Translations under genes and position numbers: made by a program | In this document: positions 38,786 to 51,382 of the stretch, in pieces | Layout: each line of letters opens with the position of its first letter | Numbering within the stretch: the first letter of the stretch is position 1 | The notes under the pieces: generated by a model | What the model was told of the DNA's origin: nothing | Database searches by the model: none | What the model saw: only the letters and a program-made list of their open reading frames with translations | Origin: Takakia lepidozioides | Lineage: Eukaryota > Plantae > Bryophyta | Reading direction: 5' to 3' | Length of the DNA stretch: 64,000 nt | NCBI GenBank assembly: GCA_030704615.1 | Contig: CM060733.1 | Coordinates: 37,324,001 to 37,388,000, forward strand

Positions 38786-40385
38786 TGTGAGGACACAGTG
38801 TCGCACACCTCACTTCGGTAAGCTCCCCTTCAAGTCATAGTTACTCGCTTTGATGCGTGCGCCTGACTCCCAACCTGGCCGCTGGGCCAACTTGGAGCTT
38901 CGGCTGCTCACCGGGACATAACGGTCCCCCTTCACTCTCCCACTAAACCCTCCACCTCTTTGGGCCTAGTGGAATTCCCTTTGGTAGATGGCAGTCCGGA
39001 ACAGCTCCCCACTCTTTGGTCGCTTTCCGGCTCGCTCGCTTACTCACTAGTTTTTGGTCACCAACGGGCTTGCACCGTTCTCGGGGTCACTACTCCCCTT
39101 ATATATACTTCTGTAGCTGTCCGCGGGGGTTTCACAACCAGCCATGCCATTTTATGGCGAACCACCACGAAAACCCTCGACTCCCGGTGATGAGTCGCGG
39201 TGAGTCTTGGCCCACTCACCACGGCCCCTATGGACCGTGATGAGTCCCAAGACTCCCCACGACTCCCACCACGAGGTCTCCGCCCCCATGGTGAGTCCTA
39301 TGCCACCCCCACTAAGTCCCGCTAAGCTACCACAAGCCACCCCCACCGCAACCCGGTGTGCGGGGCTCCACCTAGTGAGCGCCTCCGCCTCCTTGAGTGC
39401 CTTGGGCACTCAAGGGTGCTTCAGCCCCCCATACCTATCGCTGCCGCTGCCCCCACCACAGGGGCAGCCCCTCATGTGTCCCAACCCCCTGCCCTCAAGG
39501 CAAAGGGCCGCGACACACACCCCTACCAACAGGGAGTCGATGTCCTCATCGTCTTGTCCATTTTGTAGAAACGAACATCCAAGTTGTGGCGTCCCACATC
39601 AAGGAGTTTGTTTCCGCACCATGGCGTCCCATGGCAAAGAACCAAACCCCACACTTGACTCTACTCTCCACTAGCTAGTTCGGCCGACTTCCTCCAAGTC
39701 CCGGCCAAGGGTGGAGCCTCTTCAGCTCCTCCCAGTGCACTCTTCTTGGCCTACTTCAAGGCCAAGGAACGATCCTCCCGAGGATCGAATCGCCTTACTG
39801 CAACAACATTGCTTGCGACCACTCATGATGCCGCTTTTGGCCTCACCTTGAGCAAGGATTCACTTGGAACCCTCTTTGACTAGGAAGATAACCTTGAACC
39901 AACCGTGCGCCCCAATCACTACAATTGGGTCCGCATTGGAATGCTGGCCTGAGGTACGGGAACACGCCGAAGCCGCACTACGACTTCGTCCCGAGGCTAC
40001 ACGATTATAGTACGTGAACGGAAGCACGTGGCTTCCGCGTTAGCCCGCACTACAAGGCAACCCCCTCGGTAGCGCAGTTATAGTACGCGCACGCGCCAGG
40101 TGCGCACTAGCACGTGAACTCCCAAAGAAGGCGCAAGTTTCCTTGCCCCTCGGATGGGGGTCACCCGATTTTGGCTCTACGCAAACACACGATTAACCCA
40201 ATTTACCTCTCCCACTTTTGTAAGCTAGCATGCATTCTACACACTAGCCAACCACACCATGCATCACCATTCCAAACAAAATAGGACGCACAGAATTTGG
40301 AACCCATTTCCTTTATAACAAATTTTTGTACAATATAAGTTTTTGCAATCGGATTCTAAGCTAGCTAAGCCGGGCTAAGCATGCA
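38786..40385 (-). repeat. Putative 3' LTR (~1.6 kb)
   Basis: In element orientation it starts TGCATGC directly after the PPT GCGTGGGGGAGGAAA (40386-40400) and ends TCCTCACA; TATATATAAGGGG box near 39095-39107. The distal end cannot be confirmed without a second LTR. Confidence 0.65.
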
Positions 40386-40419
40386 TTTCCTCCCCCACGC
40401 TCCAAGGTTGATGTCCCCA

Positions 40420-43400
40420 TCAACGCTTCTTCCGCTTTTGAGGTCGCCCTTCGAAAACTGCAACCGCCTCGGATGCGTTTCCCATTTCTGAGGCACGCAC
40501 CCAAGATGCCTCCACATGATGATAGCCCTTCCATTTGACGAGATACTCCGTTTCTCGGTTCTTGAACCTCCTCGACTTAAGTATTGCCTCCACCTCGTAC
40601 TCAGGTTCATTTTCATGATCCAACAGCATAGGTGGCGGACGCAACACTTGATGCCGATTCGGACGCGCTTCATCTTTGAAGTAAGGCTTCAAAAAGGAGA
40701 CATGGAATACTGGGTGCACCTTGCTGTTTGCCGGCAGCTCTAATTCATACACATCCTCATTCATAACCTTCCGAATGCGAAAGGGTCCCGCATACGGAGG
40801 TACTAACTTTGGACTCACTTCTGGAGGTAGTCGGAAATTCTTGATGTTCAACCAGACCTCTGTGCCTGCCTCAAGCTTCACTTCCCTCCGTTTCCGATTC
40901 GCCTGCCTTTCATACCGTTTCCTAGCTTTGGCAATGTTGTACTTTGCGAGCTTCAACAAACGCTCGCGTTCTTCCAGTACTGCCGCTACTGCCGGTTCCT
41001 CAACGTCCTGGGCGGCCCAACTTGTCGGCACCAGAGGTTTTCCATAGACCAATACGAAAGGGGAAACTCCCGTTGCGGAGTGTTCTGTGTTATTATAACA
41101 GAACTCTGCCGCGTCTAAGTGTTCCACCCAGTCTATTTGGTCTGTCGACACGTAATTCCGCAAGATCTGCTTCACTACGGAATTCACTCTTTCTGTTTGG
41201 CCGTCGGTCGTAGGTCGGAAGGCGGTGCTCATCTTCAGCCTCGTCCCCATCTTCTTCCAAAGTGCCCTCCAAAATTTACTCGAAAACTTTGGATCGCGGT
41301 CCGAGACAATATCCTTCGGGACTCCATGATGCTTTAAGATGTGGGCGAAGTAAAGTCGCCATGTCTCCTGCGCCGTTGCCGTCTCCTTGGTGGGGATGAA
41401 ATGGCCCATTTTACTGAACCTATCCACCACCACCATGATTGCATCGAATCCTTTTGACAGCGGCATAGCAGTCATGAAATCCATCGAGACGCTTTCCCAA
41501 GTCCCCTCTGGAATCGGCAAGGGTTGTAACAGCCCCGCTTGCTTTTTGTACTCGCTCCGGTTTTGTTGGCATGTAGTGCATGTCTTGACATACTCCTCTG
41601 CCTCCTCCCTCAGTTTGGGCCAGAAATACTCTTTCTTCAAGAGTGCCGCGGTGCGCTTGGCTCCACTGTGGCCCGCAAGCGGGCTATCATGGCATTCTCT
41701 CAAGAGACTATCTCTGATCCCTCCCTTCGGCACGTAGAGACGTTTTTGCTTATACCGGAGCAGTCCATTTTGCAAGTGGAACTGCGATTTAACCCCCATC
41801 CTCAAGTCCTGCATCACGGACTTCGCTAGCTCATCCTTCCGGATCTTCCTTTGGAGCGCCGTCTCACCCTTGTACACCAACAAGAGCTGCCGCTTTCTAA
41901 TTAAAGCATCGGCCACCACGTTGTCTCGTCCCGGTTTGTAATGGATATCCACGTCGAACACCGCCAAAGTATCTTGCCACCTAAGTTGTTTTGGGGACAA
42001 CTTGGGCTGCGTGGCAAAATACTTCACCGTGACATTGTCCGTGAACACCTTCACTGGGTTGGAACCAACATAGTGGCGCCAAAGCTCAAGACAGTGCACC
42101 ACCGCCTTCATCTCTTTCTCGTGCGTCGGCCACCGTCGCTCCACTTCATTCAGTTTCTTACTTTCGTAAGCCACTGAACGTCCATCTTGCATCAGTACAC
42201 CCCCAATTGCAAACGCATCTGTATGTATCTCGAACGGACGATCGAACTCCGGGATTTTCAAGACTGGAGCTTCCGCCATCCGCTGCTTCAATTCAGCAAA
42301 AGCTTGGCCACAAAAGGTGTTCCATGCCCAGACTTTAGATTTACACAGAAGGTCTGACAGCGGCCCCGCGATTTTGGCGAAATTTCTCACATACTTCCGG
42401 TAATAGGAGGCGAGTCCTAGGAAGGATCGCACTCCCGGGACTGAAGTCGGAGGCTCCCAGTCCGAAATTTCCCTCACCTTTCTGTCATCCATTTTGATCC
42501 CATCCTGTGTAATAACATGCCCTAAGAACTCCACTTTCGTGACCCCGAATTCGCACTTTGAAGCTTTGGCGTACAGCTTCCCTTCCCGCAACTTTTGGAA
42601 CATCCTTTTGAGGTGCTCCAGGTGCTCCTCTTTTGTTTTCGAGTACACCAAGATGTCGTCGATGTACACGATCACAAAGTCATCCAACCACTCCTGAAAA
42701 AGGCTGTTCATCAGCGTGCTAAAGGTTGCAGGTGCATTGGTGAGCCCAAAAGGCATCACCAAGAATTCATATGAACCATACCTTGTCCTGCACGCGGTCT
42801 TCTCCTCATCTCCTTCCGCCACCCGAATTTGATGATAGCCGGAGCGCAAGTCGATCCGGCTGAAATACTTCGCTCCTGCCAACCGGTCGAAAAGGTCGTC
42901 GATCCTTGGCAAAGGGTACCGGTTTTTAATAGTCACCTTATTCAAAGCCCTGTAATCGACACACATCCGCAGCGTCCCATCCTTCTTGTCTGTGAATAGC
43001 ACCGGGGCTCCGTAAGGTGACTTACTCGGCCGGATGTACCCCTTTGACATTAGATCCTTGAGCTGAGTCTTCAGCTCGACCAACTCCCTGTGGCTCAACC
43101 GGTAGGGTGCCTTGGCAGGCGGTTCCGATCCCGGTATCACCTCAATCTTGTGGTCAACTCCTCTTCGCGGTGGCAAGCCGCTTGGTAAATCCTCCGGCAT
43201 CACATCCTGGTATTTCTCCAAAATCCCCTTGATCCAATCTGGGCTCGGCTCCCCATCGCCTTCTCCCTTCACTTCTCTTATGTAGAGCAAAAATTGGGGC
43301 TCGTATGCCTCCTCCACGGCCCACTCCCTTGCTGACAGAAGGTTTATTCGCCCTCCCACGAGTTTGGGCGTTTCCGAAATTCGCAAGACCTCGCCACCAT

Positions 43401-44128
43401 TCCAACATGGCAGCGTGACCACCCTCTTGCGGCCATCTATGACCGCTCCGGATTTGCTCAAAAAGGTCATCCCCAAAATGAGATCCACTCCATCGATCTC
43501 GCAGACGGTGAAGTTCTCACGTCCCTCCCAACTCCCCAGTTGAAGAGGAACATCGAACGCCAACCTCGTCGCCAATTGCGGTTCTCCTTTGGCAGAACGC
43601 ACCTCAATAGAGGCCCCTACGTCAGTTGTCGGGAGTCCCAGCTTTTGTGCCGTTGCCGGTGTCATGAAGGAGTGCGACGCTCCTGTGTCCACCAACAATG
43701 ACACGTTAGTTCCGGATATTATCCCATCCACGAACAATAAGTGACTCCCTTTACGTAATGCGCCAGTTTCCTGATACAACTCACAAGAATATTTGCCTAC
43801 CTTGCAAGTCCTGGCGACCACCGCTTCCACCAAGCGACTGATGGTATCTTCCGACAGCTCCGTGGTTGCCCGAGTCATGTTCAATTGTCGGGGTTTCGTG
43901 CACTTCTTGGCCATGTGCCCGGGCTCTCCGCAATTGAAACACACTCCATCAAAGGTCGCCTTCTGTCCGCCATAAGCCGCTCCACCCGCTTTTCCTTTCG
44001 AAGCACCGGGTGCCGCCTTGACGTGTGAAGGCCCTCCTTTCGATTTCCACGTGCCATTGTCGCCGCGTGGCCTATCCCACTTCTTTTCCGGTCGGAAGGA
44101 GTCACCTTCTCGCCGGGAGTTTCTCTTG
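40420..44128 (-). CDS. Gag C-terminus-Pol polyprotein: zinc knuckle, aspartic protease, RT, RNase H, integrase, chromodomain
   Basis: [14 protein letters not shown]; [11 protein letters not shown]; [27 protein letters not shown]; [29 protein letters not shown]; YAGPF; [19 protein letters not shown]. Confidence 0.95.
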
Positions 44129-44409
44129 CGTTAGAAAACTACATCGAGCGGACACCCCTCCGGCAGTGTAGGAATGGTCTGACACTGCTGCGCGCTAAAG
44201 GCCCGTGTTATGGGAATTGTGTTGAGACAACGCATATGTCATGTGTGGCCTGGGTATGATGTATCCCTAAACCGAGCGACTGGGTAGCGACTGGATAGCC
44301 CTGAACGGATCATGGTGACAAAGGATCGTACACAAGGTGCCGATGCAGCTCCTGTAAAAGTCGAGTCCATGAAAGCATTGGCTAGAGATTGCAAATAGAT
44401 GCTTAGGCA

Positions 44410-45045
44410 AAAAGATACTTGAAGTAAGCGTCACTATAGCCTAGCAGGAGCAGACATCGGATCTAGGTTGTCTCTCGAAAATGGAACTTATTTACGAACA
44501 CAATGTGTGTCGGGTGTTTATTCACTGCAGAGAGGAGGGATTTTGTTTCATGGCCATCTACAAATGGTGTGTGAGGTCTACATATCGAGTTTGATCATGC
44601 TCAACAAACTAATTAAAACGCTTTTGGTTGGGACAATCCAAAATCTGCACCAGTCGGGCATCATGTGCACTGCAAGCTATTACGAGGCAAAAGACTGCAC
44701 ACGTATATCGGATGATCGGGTACTGTCTCAAAGACATCGAGGAACCAGATTTCCACTTCGTCTACGTGAACGTTAGCAATGACGAGATGCAAGATGGAAT
44801 GGATGAGTATACAAAGTTTGGTGCTTGTTTTGGAAAAACAAAGGTTTGCCTCTCACACCAAAGTGTTTTGGAGAGAGCACGCATGTGGTGCAGATACAAA
44901 TGAGAGGGCAATTGAATTCAACGTTACCGCGTGTTCTCCTCCATGTGATGAATGGTCATATGCCAATTGGGTTGTAGCGGTTAAAAACAGCGAAATGGAT
45001 TTGGAACGAGTAAGTTCCATTTGGAAATGTATGGTGGTGTGCTTT
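44410..45045 (+). pseudogene. Degenerate replitron-type HUH endonuclease (Y1)
   Basis: Across frameshifts: EVSVTI (motif I), SLQRGGILFHGHLQMV (motif II, HLQ at 44555-44563), LNKLIK..LGWD, MIGYCLKD (motif III, 44721-44735), NVS..EM..G..EY.KFG, LERARMWCRYK, WVV..MDLERVSSIWKCMV. Confidence 0.8.
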
Positions 45046-45337
45046 AGGGAAAACAATGGGACAATAACCTCAGGTGTTTTGATACATTTGGTGAACTTCT
45101 CATAAACATTGACTTGATAGCAACCTGTCAAAGATATTTAAAAAAAAACAACTAATCCAATTTTAAATCTATTACATAATAAAAACATTGGTCCCGTGAC
45201 AAGCGTGGAAAGCCCTTTGCCGCCTAAGGGCACAGCCAAACTCGAAATTTGAGGAAATTGTATCCTACAAATTGACCCAGCTTTTAATTCTGAGAAATAT
45301 ATATATATATATATTTCGGCCCTACGTAATACCACAG

Positions 45338-47000
45338 CACTACATAGACGGACTCATCTAGCAAGGGTGTATGACAATAAAACCTATGCAATTGGGTTCT
45401 CTACCTTACCCTAATAGTCGCCTTGGCAACCGGCAATGATTCACAAATAAGGGTCCGTAGACTATGGACCAAGACCATGAAACCTCCGGACCATGGGAGA
45501 TTGTTAGTCTACGGACAACGAAGCCATGTAGTTGGAGGATCAATTCTTGGACTCTAGTCCAAGTATAGAAACATCAAAATATAGTTTTCTCAAATGATCG
45601 TGACCGTTCGTTAGAATCAATCTCAAATGTTAAGTGGGAAAGATGAATGTGATGGAAGGTGATACACCTCATTTTGAGTTTCTTGGTCTCGGTCTAATGG
45701 CCCTTATATGCACCCGCTTGGGTCCCTACGATATCAATATTTTAATATGCATCTAGGGGCCAATATCCAAACCAATTTGAAGCAAACAATCAACTCCACA
45801 TAACTTAGAGGCCATGTCATTCCTAAGTTTCTTGGTCTTGATCCGTAGTGTAAAGCCAATATGACCAAGATAATGCCCTCGACCAATAGAATCATTGCAT
45901 TTTGAGTTGGTCTTTGTCTTGTCGCGTAGTCTAAAGTGGCCCTAAGACGACTCCGGACCGCATCTGAGGTTCAATGGCAACCAAAAGGTGTGCCCATGTC
46001 CATCAAACCCCCAAATTGACCCCTTGCGTTTTTTTTGCTGATTATTTTTCGCCAAATTTCGACCTAAGAAAAAAAATTCTGTTTCAAATTCCACGTTGTT
46101 TCATGGATGAAATCGCCAAACTTCTCCAAATAAAAAAAAGAATTATGGATGAATCTGCCAAATATAGATGATATAAATGGATTAAAGTACGGAGGTAGAT
46201 GATTCTGTCCTAATTTCAATGGAGGATCAGAATGTATGGCTATTTTTTGCAAAACCCTGTAGCCACTCGCGCTTTTTTCCAAATCTCAGTGGTCCCCTTG
46301 TGAAGCTGATGGCCAATTAGGGCGGCGAACGTAGTTGGGTACATAGTTACCGGAGAGCTGTAGGCTGCTTTTTTTTATTGGCGAACTTTCACCAGATTTC
46401 GACCTCAAAAAATAAAATGGAATATTCTGTCGCAAATCCCCTGATTTTTCATGGATGAAATCGCCAAATTTCTCCAAAATAATAATAAAGTATAGATGAA
46501 TTCGCCAAATATGGATGATATAAATGGATTATGGTACAGAGGTGGATGAATTTCAGTGGATGAACAGAATGTATCGCTATGCTGTTTTCCAAATTTCTTA
46601 AGAAAAACACGCTAGCAAACGGAGGAGGGCGGAGCACGTAGAGCGGCGTGAGGGCGAAGACAAAGCGAGGGTCGGCGCGCTGCCCGAGGGGCGCTGTGGC
46701 GGGCGCCAAGCGACAACCGCACGCGCGACGCTGCGACAAAAGTATTAACGACGAAACGTGGCGATCATGACGTGGCTACGAAACGTGGCGATGGTGACAT
46801 GGCACTGTGACGCAGGAGAGTGGGAGGGGGCGAGTGTGGCCCCTGCCTGGCTCTGCCGCCTGCTCATCGGAGCTTCCCTCTGGATTGGAGCAATGATCTT
46901 GCGTTGTTTATTCGCAGTTTGTTTATGGCAGTGTACTTTCTGCGCCATGAATGCACCCGAGTTGTATTATGGGTGCGCCGGGCGAGGGGACAATGCCTGG
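45338..47000. mobile_element. Possible left portion of a second CACTA-like element
   Basis: Begins CACTACATAGACGG, then GGTCCGTAG/CTACGGAC-type subterminal repeats, GGATGAA-rich block and GC-rich block, the same layout as the 26088 element; right TIR not found. Confidence 0.4.
46030..46600. repeat. Diverged direct repeat (~230 bp; about 46030-46250 and 46370-46595)
   Basis: Shared ATTTCGACCT..TTTCATGGATGAAATCGCCAAA..GATGATATAAATGGATTA..CAGAATGTAT. Confidence 0.85.
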
Positions 47001-49320
47001 AGAAGCCTGAGTGAAGGTTGCTGCAACGGATTGTAGACTCTTATTTTTAGGGGTGCAAGTGCAGCATTGTATATGCTTTCTGCATGGCGCAGGCTGTGTA
47101 TGATTTGATTAATGCTATGATGTGTGCTGTCTTGTGTATCGATATGTGTATCTGTCTGTGGTGATATTCAAGACACGCTCAGAATGCAGCGCTGAGCAGT
47201 GTGGTGGCAGGGTGATGAAGGAGGTGGGGCTACTGTAGGTCGCTCCGAAAATCTTGGGCGCCCAATCTCAGCCGGAGGTGGAAATGTCAACAACATTTTG
47301 AGAGGGGAATGGGAGCATCATGCCTGCAGGTAAGTTGAGCATAATGTACCCAGAGAAAGAGGGAGAGAGAAAGATGCGAAAGTGCAGATGGGGGTGCAGG
47401 TGACAAGTGACAGCTTCCAGTTTCTGACATGCCCAATCACAGCTGCATAAGCGTTTTAGGGTTGGGATGAACAGGAGCAGGAGTCATGTTTGGTGGGGCC
47501 TCTTGCTGGGGGGACATTCACTTTCTTCTTCAAACTTTGATATAAAATGGGGTAATGGGTCTGACGGGAGACAGGGATGCTGCCGGCGTTGCATCGCAGC
47601 CGTGAATGAACGTCATGCGCCTTCGATCCAGGCCTGCAAGGGAGGCAGCTTGTCGGCCGTGCCAGAGATTCTTGTCGGCCGCGCCCGACATCTGTGCACC
47701 GCACAGTAGGTAATAAGTCGCGTTGTCGTGTGTCATGTTCTTTCTCGCGCCCATTGCACAGAACCCCGAGCCCAGTAAAGAGACGGCCCGGATGGGAAAA
47801 TGCTGCAATTGTAATTTGTGCGCCAAAGGTTCTCATGTGCTCATCAGAGGGAGTCCAAATCTTGTTTCCTGCAGTGCCGTTAATATAACTAGCAATTCGT
47901 GATGTGGGTGTTGAGTTAGTGGTAAGCGTGCGAATGCTGATGAGTGAGTAAGTGTACCGGAAAAGTCTATGTATCGTTGCCCAACTGATTACAAACTCTA
48001 GAATGCTTATCTAAAATGCAGCAACGATGGATTACCACTGCTCGCCGATATTTGAAGTTGATTAGGCTACTAGCCTCTCCGCTGTAAACTTGCAAACGGT
48101 ACTGCTGAGTTTAAGTTTAATCTGCTTATATCCGTGCGACTAATTATCACTTGATCATGACAAAGTTGTACGCTTGCAGAGGGCTGACTGCTAACTGAAC
48201 AACCCACATTTTGAGAGAGAGGCCGACTGAGATGAACTAACGAGTACATCTTTGATAACTGCTCATCATCAGCGCTCACTCCGGAGTCCCGGATAAATGC
48301 CCAGTACAGTTGCGCAATGCCCGACTCCTGAAACACACGCTCCTCTACTGAGATTAAATTCGAATGTCCAGAATGATCTTGAAAGTTCTCGGTACCAGAT
48401 TCCACGGACCTTTAGAATTGTGCTGTTAGCTTGGATGGACGAGGAGGGTACCGTTGTCGTTCTAGAAATCTCGTGGTTCTAGGCCCTGCATATCCGTTTA
48501 CGATGATGGGCGAGCGCTCCATATATAGGCAAGCGCCGCTCGTTTGTCAGTATCATTAATCAGTGGTTGTTCAACATCTAGTGGCCGGGCACTGGCCAAT
48601 CAATCAACTGATTACATCATTTGAATATCATGATTCACTTCTTAGAGCGTTTAAAGACGGAGATTGCGCTAGTGGCAGGTGCTTCTGTCGCAGAAGCCAC
48701 ACCAGTTGAGATGCTTGGGTTACATAAGCGTTCGAGAAGTCTGATGGTTGATATACAATCGATGAGGCCTACTTACTTACACATAGTAAGCTCTACGTAT
48801 ATGTTGTGACTGGTCACGACGATGATCCATTCGAGATAAGCTCATTGGAAGTATAGCAACTCTCATGTGCATGATCCATGGACTTCGGGTTGTGATTACC
48901 ATGAACAGCAATTGCTCAGAAGGAAGAGAAAACCTGTTTGAGTACTTACAGTAGAAATGGAATAGAAGTACAGCATTCTGATCTAACAAACCACATGACA
49001 CCGAGCAAGCAGCTGACCGGTACTTTTTGAAGTCGTACACAGGATCCATGGTGTATTATTAATTCATAATCCATGGGAGATGTAGAGTTCGTCAGTTTTG
49101 TCTCATCGATCTCAAGGCTACCTACTTTTCCACGCCTAGTACTTTCGAGTGACTTCTCCATAATTCTCAGTTACAGCATTGGCTGAACTCTGGAAGCTTG
49201 AGAGGTCTTCAAGACGTCAGAAGCCTACTCGTGCTAGCAACTTGCTTCGGGATCTGAATTTTGTTGTGACCCAAAGAACAAAACTAAGAGATCTCATTTC
49301 AAAGTCTAAGGGACGTTTGA

Positions 49321-51382
49321 TTATTGAGAGCCAGCCGAGACGTCATCCTCAACGTCATCCTCGGATACAGGGTCCTCCTCATCCTCGCAAGAGTCAACAC
49401 CGTGAGGAGCGTGTCCATTGCCAAAAGCTCGAATATGATCTTTGAGAGATCGCTTGTGCTTGAAGTCTGATCCACAAATGCAATACCACAGCTTTCCACA
49501 GTTTTTCTCATGTGTGCGCCAATCACCTCGGACAGCAAAAACCTTGCTGCACTTCCGACACATGAATGGTTTGATTCCATGCTTTCTCTTGTAATGAGTC
49601 TGTAACGTTCGAAAATCTTTAAGGGGTTTCGCGCGCGGGTGTTCGATATTGTTGCGGCAACCTTGCGCACAACAATAACACGGCAACCTCAGCATCGCTG
49701 TTGGTTGTGTGCCCCGCAATGATTCTGGACCCTTCCTATATTGAGATCCATGGCCCCACATGTGCATCTGCAGCAATACACGACCATTGTTTGTCATCAG
49801 ATCTAGATATTTTTCTGAACATTGGCAATCTAGAAAACTTTCACTAGATTTGAATTGCAGCTCTAGATAGAGCTGCAGTGACAACAATGAAGGACTACTG
49901 ACCTGCATGTTGTTGTAGCGGTTGAATGTCTTGCTGCACACTGGGCATGAAAACTGTGTAGGCCCTACTAGTATCTGGGCTGGAGTTGGAATCCAGTATT
50001 GGCCTTCAAGCAGCAATCCCCGACCCCTCTCAAACGGGTCCTTCTCCACAGCACTAGGGCCGTCGTACCCGTGAACCCCATCGGCCCTCCTCGTGCTAAA
50101 GGCATCCGACGAGGGAGGTCCAATGTGGAGTGCCACAGTCACATTGTCATCAGAGTCTTGACAGGCATCAGAATTGGGTAGTTGTGTGGCAGTGCGCACC
50201 TCCGAAGTATATGGATGTTCATGTGCACTGGGTGGACTTAAGCTCAGAAATGGTCGAACTCGACGAAGAGGAAGTTCCGACACATATCGTTGCTGCTGCA
50301 GTTCACTCATGTGGTTTTGTGCTTCCTGATCATAAAACTGTTGATGTAGATGCTGGTGAGAGTGAAGCGGGTGCTGAAGATGATGGTACTGCAACAAACA
50401 AAGTAAAAACATGTTTTAGTTCAACTGACGGTATGCAGCGCGCCGATCGCTCCAAAAACAATAGTGAAAAAAGTGAGGATGGTAGTTGACAGATCGATTC
50501 ATCACAGTAGATGGTGAAAGATATAATTTCGTGAACTTCAAGATGTCTGCCTGTGAAAGGCTTCAAATCAGTAAAACCATAGATCTAGAAACTAGATCTC
50601 CTGAAGAGATTTCAAGCATCCTAGAAATTGGGGTTCCGAGGTTACTGCCAGAGTGATAGTTTATTCATATGTATGTACACCTTACAAGAGCAATTCGAAA
50701 TCATGTCACCACATTTACCTACACCGAGCTGGCCAGGCACGGTTGTCCAGATTAATCTGCCCTTGAGACCCCAAGTGCTACGACTCTCTCGGCCTGGACT
50801 AGCAAACATGCATGCCGGACCGTGGACGGATCTTTACAGTAGCCTTTCAGAACAGGTGCCTACACGTTCTTAAGTAACACCTAACACCTATCCGCAACAG
50901 GCACGGGAAGTTCTGATTGCTTTTGAAGTGTAGGACGCCCAACCTTCTGACCACCTAGGAGCCTCTCCAAACATATATGTCAGGACTCTCAAGGAGGACT
51001 TACACAGCAAGCTTGAACTACTAGTGAGGTTGACAACAAAACCTGCATGGACTAGACTTATTGTCATGCATCGTCTGAAGAAGAGTACAACTACCAAAGA
51101 GTTTCCAAAGCATACAATATCATGGGTGAGTCACACACACACACCCACCCCAGAGACGGAGGTTGGAGAGTCAGGAGCAGAGACGTATGGGTTCGAAGAG
51201 GTGCCCGACGGGCCACTGCTACTCAGGTTGTCACCGTAAGGAATAGCCACAGGCAATTGCGAGACCGGTTGAGCGAGGCCGTTTGGCTTGAGCCATTCAC
51301 AAAAGGGTAGAGGGTGTACAGTGATGGCACTCAGGGACCGTGGCACTGCCACTGAGTTCTGAGGATTATACCACGAACTCAT
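49321..51382 (-). CDS. WIP: WIP-family C2H2 zinc-finger transcription factor (WIP2/NTT/TT1-like). Exons 51382-51149, 50388-49903, 49767-49321
   Basis: [34 protein letters not shown]|[57 protein letters not shown]; N-terminal FCEWLKP and [10 protein letters not shown] motifs; phase-0 GT-AG introns. Confidence 0.93.

Larger units (their letters stand above)
38786..44130 (-). mobile_element. Ty3/gypsy chromovirus LTR retrotransposon (Tcn1-like), 5'-truncated: most of gag and the 5' LTR missing
   Basis: Intact pol frame, PPT and a single 3' LTR; the reading frame stops abruptly at ~44130 where unrelated sequence begins. Confidence 0.9.

Noticed and set aside
40516-43975. Plus-strand ORFs overlapping the gypsy pol, and similar antisense ORFs over ATG4, IDH and the MULE genes
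   Set aside because: Shadow ORFs of real coding sequence, with no independent motifs.
44410-45045. Helitron Rep or endogenous geminivirus/CRESS Rep
   Set aside because: Single-Tyr YCLKD, HLQ motif, no helicase or Walker A, and a C-terminal region that fits replitrons better.
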